Shown here: piece by piece, positions 41,502 to 51,209 of the stretch
Layout: the number at the start of each line of letters is the position of its first letter
Numbering within the stretch: the stretch's first letter is position 1
NCBI GenBank assembly: GCA_963790415.1
Contig: CAWBOK010000005.1
Span: 75,223 to 139,222, forward strand
Source: an uncultured Actinomycetota bacterium
GTDB lineage: Bacteria > Actinomycetota > Thermoleophilia > RBG-16-64-13
Direction: 5' to 3'
Length of the DNA: 64,000 bases
Notes under the pieces: generated by a model
The model's input: the letters and a program-made list of their open reading frames with translations, nothing else
Database searches by the model: none
Told to the model about the DNA's origin: nothing
Position numbers and translations under genes: made by a program

Positions 41502-41746
41502 CCGATCACCTTCCAGTGTCCGCCTTTGGCGGAGCCGACCCGTACAAGCAGGCCTGAATCACGAAGTATCCGAATCGCGCGGTGGATCGCGCTCTCGGAC
41601 TTGTCCATGAGGGCTGCCAGTTGTGACACAGACAGATCTGGCTGGTCCTTGAGGAGCCGCAGGATCTCCGTCGGGGCTTTCCCTAGCGTTTCCCTGGCGT
41701 TTCCCTGGCGTTCCCCCGGCGTCCTCCCTGGCAATGTGAACGTCAT
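41498..41746 (-). CDS. Small winged-HTH protein (82 aa), possibly the remnant of a longer ATP-binding/Fic regulator
   Basis: [54 protein letters not shown]; GAGGGGG RBS; GTGA overlap with hsdR. Confidence 0.7.
41678..41721. repeat. Four tandem 11-bp units TT(T/C)CCC(T/C)(A/G)GCG
   Basis: TTTCCCTAGCG TTTCCCTGGCG TTTCCCTGGCG TTCCCCCGGCG. Confidence 0.85.
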
Positions 41747-42301
41747 GACCACCGCCCCCTCGCGCGACGACACCGTCGGCGAGCAAAGGAAGTCATCGAT
41801 GCGCCGCCTGAACCAAGCCATGCGGCGAGCCGATGGCGTGAGTTGGTACAGTGTCATCGCGACATTGCAACGCGATTGGTGTCGCGAAAGAGGCCACAGC
41901 GACGATTGGCGGCGCACGACGAGGGCACTACAGTATCCTTGGGACTGGGGATTCTCGGTCGGCAATTGGCCTCGGCGGAGTCGTCGGGGTCTTTTGCTTT
42001 TCACGGGAACACCTTGAGACCGCGCCCGGCCCAGTCGCTGTTCCTGTCCGTGCAGCATCTTGCAGCATCTTGCCCGGATCATCGCCATGACCGGTCCTTT
42101 CGCCGGACAGCGAAGAACCCCGGCCCCCGCGCCTGCAGCCGCCGCTCGTTCGGCGTGTGGCCGGGTGAGAGGTCCTCGCGAAGAGTGCGCGGCGCCCAGA
42201 TTCGGAACTGGGTGCCACGCCTGGAGTTGACGCGCTGACCGACACCGGATTCGGCGAAGGTGGTCATGGCCCGTTGTGATAACTCACCCGCCCAGAGTCA
42301 C

Positions 42302-42916
42302 TCACGCAGTCGCCTCGATGATCGCTTCGCGCAACTTCACGAAGCTGCGCGATCCGCTGCTACTGGGGTCGAGATGGGCACCCATCGTGCGCGCTGCCTC
42401 CACCTTGCGCAAGCCGGTTCTGAAGTAGCCGTGCCGTCGAAGGACGCGCTCGAACGCTTCCCAGGAGCCGCGGATCGCGTCAGGGTCGCGATAGCCCGCT
42501 CGGTTCGGGATGGTGCGGGGCACCCTCGGGTAGGCAGCGCGCACCGCCTCCCAATCGCCAAAGTACCAGCCCTCAAGCTCCTCGATCGCGATACGGTTGA
42601 CTAGTTTCCACGCTGCCCCGCCTGCGACCGATCGGGTGCGCAACCCGGCTGCTGCAGCCATGCATTCGAGTTGCCGCTTCAGAGCCCGGCAATCGTCGTC
42701 ATCGCGATCCACGACAACCACGATGCGCCAGTCGGCCGGCAACCACCGTGCATAGCCGTGCAGGCGATCCTGCAGCTTGTGCAACAGGTCGGCCTTGCCC
42801 TGGAACGCGTGAACCTCGAACGTGCGATCACAGGGCAATAGACGGGGCAGCAGGGCGCGCAGGAAGGCCTCCATCGAGGGCTCCTCTACCAGCAATTCCA
42901 GATGCCGCGCTCTCAT
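42302..42916 (-). CDS. DUF4276 family (TOPRIM-like) protein
   Basis: [21 protein letters not shown] and [11 protein letters not shown]; ATGA overlap with the ATPase stop. Confidence 0.8.
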   Translation of the reverse strand: MRARHLELLVEEPSMEAFLRALLPRLLPCDRTFEVHAFQGKADLLHKLQDRLHGYARWLPADWRIVVVVDRDDDDCRALKRQLECMAAAAGLRTRSVAGGAAWKLVNRIAIEELEGWYFGDWEAVRAAYPRVPRTIPNRAGYRDPDAIRGSWEAFERVLRRHGYFRTGLRKVEAARTMGAHLDPSSSGSRSFVKLREAIIEATA

Positions 42917-44145
42917 CGTCCGCGGCTTTCGAGCGGGCGGGTTGGCGCGCCATCGTTGACGAGCGGATCGCCCACGCCAAGCTGGCCCTCCATCCACAGA
43001 TGGCCCAGCAATGCGCCGTGCTGCACAAACTCGGGTACGCCCGGCAAGTCCGCAGCGCGTCGCGTCTGCGTGTAGCCCTGGTCGTCGCGCCAGAGTACGC
43101 GCACCTCACCTGGCTTCAACGCGTTCAGAAAGAACGGCGAATGTGTGGTCACCAGCAGCTGCGTACGCTCAGTGGAGGCGCGGCACTCCTCCGCGAGTTC
43201 AGGCAGCAAACGTGGGTGAAGGAAGTTCTCCGGCTCTTCGATCCCGATGAACGGCGGAGGCGCTGGGTCATACAGCAACACCAGGTAGGCCAACATCTTC
43301 AGCGTGCCATCCGACGCGAACCGCGCCAACACCGGATGGCTGAAAGGCGCGTCCTTGATCTGAAGGAGCAAGCGACCATCGGGCATGGTCTCCGCCAGCA
43401 CTCGCTCGATGCGTGGCACACGCTGGCGCAGTACCTCAAAGATGCGCTCAAGTTGGTCGGGGTGCTGTTCCGCCAGATACTGGATCACGTTGGCAAGGTT
43501 GTCGCCGGTCTTGGTCAAACGCTCGTCCGGCCCTGCCTCGGGCTGCCCACGCGCGCTGTCGGCCGACAGGTACGACACATACCAGCCCGTGATGAAATCG
43601 CGCAGGGCCGCAACGCGGGGATGCTCGGCGAATTGTCCCAGTGCATTGACCGCCAGAAGATCAGGAGACTTCAGTGCGACCTCCACACGACGATCCTGTT
43701 CGTCGGGCAACTCGCCGCTGACCGCGCGGCCCTGGCCTTCGTGGTATTCAAGAAAGCGGAACGGCTGTCCGTGGCTGCCCCGCTTCCAGCGCAACCATTC
43801 CTCGACCACCACCGGGCCTCCGGCGCGCTCATCAACAGCCAAGTGGTATGTGATGAGCGGATAACCAGGCTCCCGGTACTTGATCTCAATCAACACGGGC
43901 CCGTCTCCACCCCGAGTCTTGAGCTCCTTGGCCCGGCCGCGCCTGTCCCACGCGCGGCGCAGTCCGAGCTCGAAACATTCGGCAAGGAACGCGAACACGT
44001 CGAACACGGTCGACTTGCCGCTTCCATTGGGGCCCAGCAGCACTGTTAGGGGGGTCAGATCCTTGAACTCCACATCGCACAGCGCGCGGAAGTTCTTGAC
44101 CCTCAGATACTCAATGCGCGGTGGTGTAAGAGATCGAGGGGACAT
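42913..44145 (-). CDS. ABC-type (AAA_21/AAA_15) ATPase
   Basis: Walker [10 protein letters not shown], signature-like SDGT, Walker B IEEPEN, H-loop TTHSP. Confidence 0.92.
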   Translation of the reverse strand: MSPRSLTPPRIEYLRVKNFRALCDVEFKDLTPLTVLLGPNGSGKSTVFDVFAFLAECFELGLRRAWDRRGRAKELKTRGGDGPVLIEIKYREPGYPLITYHLAVDERAGGPVVVEEWLRWKRGSHGQPFRFLEYHEGQGRAVSGELPDEQDRRVEVALKSPDLLAVNALGQFAEHPRVAALRDFITGWYVSYLSADSARGQPEAGPDERLTKTGDNLANVIQYLAEQHPDQLERIFEVLRQRVPRIERVLAETMPDGRLLLQIKDAPFSHPVLARFASDGTLKMLAYLVLLYDPAPPPFIGIEEPENFLHPRLLPELAEECRASTERTQLLVTTHSPFFLNALKPGEVRVLWRDDQGYTQTRRAADLPGVPEFVQHGALLGHLWMEGQLGVGDPLVNDGAPTRPLESRGR

Positions 44146-44156
44146 CTATTCCTCCG

Positions 44157-45725
44157 TCAGTGGATCGCCTGTGATTCTCCAGCGTCCTTCACCCGCAGCT
44201 CGCCAGATATGAGCCTGGGCAGCAGTGTGTCGCGCGACGCGACGAGGCTACGTGATTCGTGGATGCCCGCGATGATCCGCTCAATCGCCGGATGCAACCA
44301 CTTCCCGAACGACTCCGCTACTGTTATTGGCGGTAGCGCGACCTCGTAGCGCGCCATGTCCGACCAGCTCGTCCGGGGCATCTTCGTACCCGTCGAGCCG
44401 GCGTTCGTATAATCGACGAACTCGTCGCTCGACACGAGACCCAGCACAAAAGACAACCAGTGTGGGGCTTGCGGCGCCATAACCACTATGTCCGTAGAGC
44501 AGACACCATCGACCGGCGCGACACCTACCTTGTGGAAGTACGGCCGAAGCTTTCCGAAAAGAATCTCATGCTTCTTGAATTCGAACTTGTTGCTTTCGAG
44601 TCCTTCGGCGACGCCCCAGTCAGACAGAGCGATGCAACGCTTGGGCATGTGCCCGAGAGCGATATAGGGCACGCTTGGCTCGATATCGTCGGGCTGCACA
44701 CTCCGGCGCGGATGCTCGGCGACGTTACCAAGCGTCCCCACCTCCCACCCCTCCGGAATCTCGCCGAGTTCGGAGTCGACGAAGCGAGCGGGGAAAAGGT
44801 CGGCGAGGATCTTGGGAAGACCGGAATCGCGGCCTTCGGCCTTGGCGCGAACGGGGTCGAAGTCCACGAACCATGACTTGAAGAGCGCCTGCGCCATCGC
44901 CTCCAGCGTCTCGTTCATCCGCCTGTTCAATTCGATCTTGTCATCCAGCGTGCCGAGGATGTGGGCGATGGCGCGTTGTTGACGCTCGGGGAGGCTCGGC
45001 CACCAGAGGCCGGCGAGCTGATTCGCAGAGACGTTCGGGAACGTCGAACCTGTCGCCTGAAGCAGTAGACCAGGCAGTCCGTACTCAACAACAGCATGCA
45101 CGAGCGGCTGAAGTTCCGGGCTCTCCTTGTGGCGGATCGCTGCAACACCTCGCCCGATCGCGTACTCGCGATCCGCCCAGTTCATGCGGCCCGTGGTCGA
45201 GCCACGTACACAAAAGAGCACATCACCCGATCGTGCCCGCTTTCGCGCCGCCGTCGTCCATTGAACAGCCGACGGATGATGCGGCCCGTAGTCGGTCGGG
45301 CCGTTCAACAACGGGAGGCCAGCACCCTCTGTGTTGCAGGTCTCTCCCGGCGGAGACTGCCCCATGATGATGTCGGTGACGTCGCCTAGGCGCGTCTTAC
45401 CCCCCTCGCCCCCTTTCCCCCGATCCCGCTCGAACAGGACCTTCCCTTCCCGCGCGATGTGATCAAGCAGGGCCTGGTCCTCGATGGCGTGGTGCGGGAG
45501 CAGGTCCACCCGTTGAGGGATAGTCAGCTCCTCCATCCTCGCGGTCAGTCGTGCCTGGTCAGTCAGCGTCAGGGAGTCTCCGTACAGGCAGATGTCCACG
45601 TCGGATGCGGGGGTAAAGGTCCCCATGGCGCGCGAGCCGAAGAGGACGGCCCGGTCCACGCCGGGATGGGCGCGCAGGACGTCCAGGATGGCCTGGCGAT
45701 GGCGGTCCTTCAGGCCGTCGTTCAC
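44157..45725 (-). CDS. hsdS: Minimal nucleotidyltransferase (MNT) fused to type I specificity subunit S
   Basis: N-terminal about 100 aa LFGSRAMG...SDVD (GS-X10-DxD), then LGDV, GSTF, PSLPERQQRAIAHILGTLDDKIELN and RDTLLPRLISGEL HsdS regions. Confidence 0.88.
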   Translation of the reverse strand: MNDGLKDRHRQAILDVLRAHPGVDRAVLFGSRAMGTFTPASDVDICLYGDSLTLTDQARLTARMEELTIPQRVDLLPHHAIEDQALLDHIAREGKVLFERDRGKGGEGGKTRLGDVTDIIMGQSPPGETCNTEGAGLPLLNGPTDYGPHHPSAVQWTTAARKRARSGDVLFCVRGSTTGRMNWADREYAIGRGVAAIRHKESPELQPLVHAVVEYGLPGLLLQATGSTFPNVSANQLAGLWWPSLPERQQRAIAHILGTLDDKIELNRRMNETLEAMAQALFKSWFVDFDPVRAKAEGRDSGLPKILADLFPARFVDSELGEIPEGWEVGTLGNVAEHPRRSVQPDDIEPSVPYIALGHMPKRCIALSDWGVAEGLESNKFEFKKHEILFGKLRPYFHKVGVAPVDGVCSTDIVVMAPQAPHWLSFVLGLVSSDEFVDYTNAGSTGTKMPRTSWSDMARYEVALPPITVAESFGKWLHPAIERIIAGIHESRSLVASRDTLLPRLISGELRVKDAGESQAIH

Positions 45726-46138
45726 ATCGATGCCTGCTTGTCCCGCAGGCGCGCCAGTAGTCCCCGCAACATGGGCGCGTAGCGGTTCTTAATAAGGGCC
45801 ACGGCCTCCTTGGCTGTCTTGTCATCGTAGGTGCGGGTCAGGAGATTGCGCTTGTCCAGGGCATCAAGTGCGGCCTCGGCGGCGTCCTCCTCCAGGTACC
45901 CCGCTTCGAAGGCGCGGCGCAGCACGTCCCGCGGGGTCTTCTCGTCGAATCCTTCATAGAAGAGAAGGTCCTTGAGCGTCTTCCAGGCCAGTTCGAACGA
46001 GAACTCGAAGGTCTTTATGACGCCGGCGCGTTCTAAGTCGGAGTACTCGTTCGCCTTGGTTGCCGCATCGAGTTGAGACATGGCCTTGCCGAAGTTCGCC
46101 AGGCGCTGTTGCCATCGGATCTCGTCACTGTTACTCAT
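45722..46138 (-). CDS. HEPN / nucleotidyltransferase substrate-binding protein (HI0074-like)
   Basis: RWQQRLANF, GVIKTFEFSFELAWKTLK, PRDVLRRAF; RNLLTRTY at the RX4H site. Confidence 0.88.
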   Translation of the reverse strand: MSNSDEIRWQQRLANFGKAMSQLDAATKANEYSDLERAGVIKTFEFSFELAWKTLKDLLFYEGFDEKTPRDVLRRAFEAGYLEEDAAEAALDALDKRNLLTRTYDDKTAKEAVALIKNRYAPMLRGLLARLRDKQASM

Positions 46139-46166
46139 GGGCTATCCTCCAAAGCCGTGTCCACGC

Positions 46167-47342
46167 TCACTCTCGAACTGGAGAAAACGGCTGCGCTCCC
46201 TCGCTCAGAGTCGCCAGATACCGATCGTATGCGAACACACGACTGCGTCGACGCCCGGTCAGCTCCCGCAATATACCCAGCTCCACGAGGGCTTCCACCG
46301 CACGCGCGGCCGTGGAATACGCGACACCGGTCTGGCGCGCAAGATGGTCGATGTCTGCCACCGGACGGCGCCGCAGGGCATCGAACACGCGCAAGGCACT
46401 GACGGCCGCGCGGCCGAGGCCTTGGATACACTCGGCGTCAGTCTGGAACATAGCGAGAAGCCGATGAGCCGTGTCTACCGCACCGGTGGCCGTCTCGGTC
46501 ACGCCCTCGAGGAAGAAGTCGAGCCAGGTTTCCCAGTCGCCTGTGGTGCGCACGGAGTCAAGCTGCCGGTAGTACTCGGCCCGGTGCTGCTTGAAGTAGA
46601 GGCTCAGGTAGAGCAGCGGCTGCCGAAGCACGCCGTCGTGATGCAGGATGAGGGCGATCAGAAGTCGCCCGACTCGGCCGTTACCGTCAAGGAAGGGATG
46701 GATGGTCTCGAACTGCACGTGCGCAAGCGCGGCCTTCACGAGCGTGCCCGAGCTGGTGGGATGGTTCAAGAAGCGTTCGAGTTCTGCCATGCAGGACTCG
46801 ACCTCCTGCGGCGGTGGAGGCACGAACCGAGCATTGCCGGGGCGTGTGCCCCCGATCCAGTTCTGACTCCTGCGGAATTCGCCCGGCTGTTTGTCGGCAC
46901 CGCGACCGCGGGAGAGCAACGTGTCGTGGATCTCCCGCAGAAGCCGGTTGCACAAGGGAAAACCTCCGGCCAGGCGCGCCAGCCCGTGTTCTAGGGCGGC
47001 GACGTAGGTCGAGACTTCCACGACATCATCGAAGGGCACGCCGGGTGCCGCGTCGAGTTCGAAGAGCAACAGGTCGGACAGCGATGATTGCGTACCCTCG
47101 ATCTGGCTGGACAGAACGGCCTCGCGACGGACATAAGCATAGAAGAACAGGTCGGGCTCGGGCAGCAGCGCGGTGACACCATCCAGCCGGCCGCATGCGA
47201 GGAGCGCGCTCTCCAGAAGGTGCTGACGCTCGGGAGTCATGTCGACCGGGGGCTCCGGCGGCAACGGAACAGGCACGAAGGCACGCACGCGCTCGCCGCC
47301 GACCGCGGTTACCTCGAATCGCCCTGTTGTACCTCGTTGCAC
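46167..47342 (-). CDS. Fic family protein with C-terminal HTH
   Basis: EAVLSSQIEGT, PGEFRRSQNWIGG and the canonical HPFLDGNGRVGR. Confidence 0.93.
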   Translation of the reverse strand: MQRGTTGRFEVTAVGGERVRAFVPVPLPPEPPVDMTPERQHLLESALLACGRLDGVTALLPEPDLFFYAYVRREAVLSSQIEGTQSSLSDLLLFELDAAPGVPFDDVVEVSTYVAALEHGLARLAGGFPLCNRLLREIHDTLLSRGRGADKQPGEFRRSQNWIGGTRPGNARFVPPPPQEVESCMAELERFLNHPTSSGTLVKAALAHVQFETIHPFLDGNGRVGRLLIALILHHDGVLRQPLLYLSLYFKQHRAEYYRQLDSVRTTGDWETWLDFFLEGVTETATGAVDTAHRLLAMFQTDAECIQGLGRAAVSALRVFDALRRRPVADIDHLARQTGVAYSTAARAVEALVELGILRELTGRRRSRVFAYDRYLATLSEGAQPFSPVRE

Positions 47343-47384
47343 CAGAGTATCCCTCTCTCACAAGCGCAAATAACGCTGAGGCGT

Positions 47385-47412
47385 ATTATCACATATCGCG
47401 CTAAGTGATAAT
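47385..47412. promoter_or_regulatory. Inverted repeat ATTATCAC-N12-GTGATAAT between hsdM and fic
   Basis: Perfect 8-bp arms at 47385-47392 and 47405-47412 in an AT-rich spacer. Confidence 0.55.
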
Positions 47413-47414
47413 AA

Positions 47415-49016
<1,602 letters not shown>

Positions 49017-49109
49017 GCGTTGCCTCCTCGGACAGTCTGCCGAATCCCGCCGCCGCGACCGGTTGGTCTTATGAACAATATCAGTCCGGTGCGACGGAAT
49101 GGACTCGGA

Positions 49110-49200
49110 CTACCGCTTGCCGCATTTTCGCGGTCCGGTGAGAACCACGACCGGACTGCGGGAGAGCGCCGTCCGCATCGCGTCGAGAAGGGCGCTTCAC
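49110..49200 (-). pseudogene. N-terminal stub of an AAA_14/DUF4143-type ATPase
   Basis: [25 protein letters not shown] then stop (degenerate GPRQCGKT Walker A). Confidence 0.55.
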
Positions 49201-49336
49201 CCCATCATCATGCGAAGAACACACCACGAGTATCCCGCATCGCTCACCTGGTTTTCGTGGTACGCACTTCAGGAGCGGCGCCGTAGTCCGGAGATTCGAG
49301 ACGCGGTTCCTGCTCCTAGTGCAGCGATCCCCGGTG

Positions 49337-49768
49337 TCAGACCTTCTCGGCGAACGCTTTGAATCGCTCCATCGTTCCGAACGACTCCTTCTTGAACGAG
49401 CCTTCGAGCAGTCCCAGGGCTTTGCGCAACCCTTCGAACCGGAACTCGTTCTCTGAGGTCCAGCGCGTGCTCGTGGGGGATTCAGCGGCGAACCGGTTGG
49501 CGTTGCGGTTCCACACACCGGGAGTCTCGTAGATGACGTCGAGCTCGTCCGGTAGGGCGTTCCGCTCGACCGTCTCGGTCATGCCGGTCACGCGGTGGCC
49601 GGCCCGCGTGGTGAGCTCGGCTTTGGCGCCTGTCTGCGCCTGCTCTCCGCTCACGAGCTGGTAGCACTCCAAACCTGGTTGCCACTCCGAGAAGTGCTCC
49701 GGATCGACAAACAGAGCGACGACCCTGTCGCGTGGGGCCTCGATGATGATCTCCTGCCTGTATCTCAT
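49337..49768 (-). CDS. SRPBCC family protein
   Basis: IIIEAPRDRVVALF.DPE...WQPGL; TMERFKAFAE. Confidence 0.85.
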   Translation of the reverse strand: MRYRQEIIIEAPRDRVVALFVDPEHFSEWQPGLECYQLVSGEQAQTGAKAELTTRAGHRVTGMTETVERNALPDELDVIYETPGVWNRNANRFAAESPTSTRWTSENEFRFEGLRKALGLLEGSFKKESFGTMERFKAFAEKV

Positions 49769-49835
49769 GGGATGATGCCTCCTCTTGGCGCGACGCATCC
49801 TCCTCGGTGGCCGCGCGTCGACAGCGACTGCGTGG

Positions 49836-50333
49836 TCACATTCCCGGCCCCAGGGATCGCAGGTACTCTTCCAACCGGTCATAGCTTTCGGCCCACCCGT
49901 CCAGCATCCCGGTCGCGATGATCTGCTCGCGGACTTCCTTCGACGGGTAATCGACGGTCGTCCGCAGGATCGTCCGGGTGCCCTCTTCACTGAGCGTCAG
50001 AGTGTTGACCGTTTCGACCGGCCCGTCGTCCAAGGTCTCGGTCTGCACGATGCGCTCAGGAGCCAGTATCTCGCGCTGCCGTCCGCTCAATTGGAAGCCC
50101 GCACCCCCCGGTCCCTCAAACACGTAGCGCCATCCACCCCCGGGCGTCAGGTCGATCGCGCAGATCGGCATGGTCCACTCATCGGTTCCCAGAAGCCAGC
50201 GTTGGACGTGCTCGCACTGCGTGTGGGCCGCCCACAACAGCTCCCGTGGAGCCTCGAACTCGTGAGTCGCTACGAGCCTCGTGTCGCTCGGTGTCGTGAA
50301 CGTCGTCTGTCCGATGTGCGTCGTAGCTGCCAT
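49836..50333 (-). CDS. SRPBCC/AHSA1 family protein
   Basis: EFEAPRELLWAAHT, IDLTPGGGWRYV, GMLDGWAESYDRL. Confidence 0.88.
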   Translation of the reverse strand: MAATTHIGQTTFTTPSDTRLVATHEFEAPRELLWAAHTQCEHVQRWLLGTDEWTMPICAIDLTPGGGWRYVFEGPGGAGFQLSGRQREILAPERIVQTETLDDGPVETVNTLTLSEEGTRTILRTTVDYPSKEVREQIIATGMLDGWAESYDRLEEYLRSLGPGM

Positions 50334-50396
50334 TTCCGGCCATCCCTGTATCGATGAATCATCTTACTATCTTTTCTATACCCTGCTATCCGCCAG

Positions 50397-50455
50397 GCCT
50401 AACGACCGAAGGTCTACGCCGATAGGCGAACCGCGTCAACGGCGCCGAGTTCGCT
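50397..50455 (-). mobile_element. attC site (59 bp)
   Basis: AGCGAAC immediately after the vapC stop ... GTTAGGC; internal pairing imperfect. Confidence 0.6.
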
Positions 50456-50869
50456 TCAAACGAGATCAGCCCACGCCTCGACTTGGAGGCCGGGGACCCG
50501 CTCAAACTCACGAAGGTTTGCCGTCACCATTGTGAGCCCGTGAGCTAAGCAGGTAGCCGCCAACCAGAGGTCATGCGGACCTATGAGCGTGCCCGCCTTC
50601 GCGAGTTCCGCCCACACCTGCGCATGGGCGCGCGCGGTGGCGAGATCCACCGGAAGGAGCGGGAAGCGCTCCAGGATACCCTCGACGAACGCTGAACGTC
50701 GGGCGCGCTGTTCCGGTTGCACCGCACGATGGACGCCATGGAGCAGTTCACTCGCGGTGATTACGGACAAGAACGATTCGTCATCCGGCCGACGTGCCAC
50801 GTGCGGCTCGAGGTCGAGTTTCCCGCGCTCGGCTTCGATCAGGATGCTGGCATCGATCAGGACGGCCAC
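50456..50869 (-). CDS. vapC: PIN-domain VapC toxin
   Basis: LIDASILI, SVITASELLHG, IGPHDLWLAAT, VTANLREF. Confidence 0.92.
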   Translation of the reverse strand: MAVLIDASILIEAERGKLDLEPHVARRPDDESFLSVITASELLHGVHRAVQPEQRARRSAFVEGILERFPLLPVDLATARAHAQVWAELAKAGTLIGPHDLWLAATCLAHGLTMVTANLREFERVPGLQVEAWADLV

Positions 50870-51135
50870 GGGTCATGGACCTCGGTCCGAGCAAGATCCT
50901 CCCGGGCCGTCTCGAGATCGGCCGCGAAGGCGTCGGCTTCGACAGCGGACAAGTGAGGCAGCGAATCAAACAGCCCCGGAAGTTCGCCGAGCCGCATGCC
51001 CGCAGGAAGGGGCCGGAGCTCTGCTACCGGCCTGTTGCCACGGACGAGGACGAACGACTCACGACGATAGACGACGCGATTGACGTAGTCGGCGAAATGG
51101 CGGACCACTTCTGTGACAGTGAGAGACTCGGGCAT
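50857..51135 (-). CDS. Phd-like antitoxin of the VapC module
   Basis: LTVTEVVRHFADYVNRV...FVLVRGNRPVAELRP; overlaps vapC. Confidence 0.85.
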   Translation of the reverse strand: MPESLTVTEVVRHFADYVNRVVYRRESFVLVRGNRPVAELRPLPAGMRLGELPGLFDSLPHLSAVEADAFAADLETAREDLARTEVHDPWPS

Positions 51136-51150
51136 CGCGCCTCCTTTCGG

Positions 51151-51167
51151 AATCTGATAATCAGATT
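51151..51167. promoter_or_regulatory. Perfect palindrome AATCTGAT-A-ATCAGATT, likely TA operator
   Basis: 15 bp upstream of the antitoxin ATG; overlaps a TAATCT -10-like hexamer. Confidence 0.7.
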
Positions 51168-51209
51168 ACATGAGCCGCAGCGCGAATGCCAGCGCAGGCC
51201 CCCGGCTCC

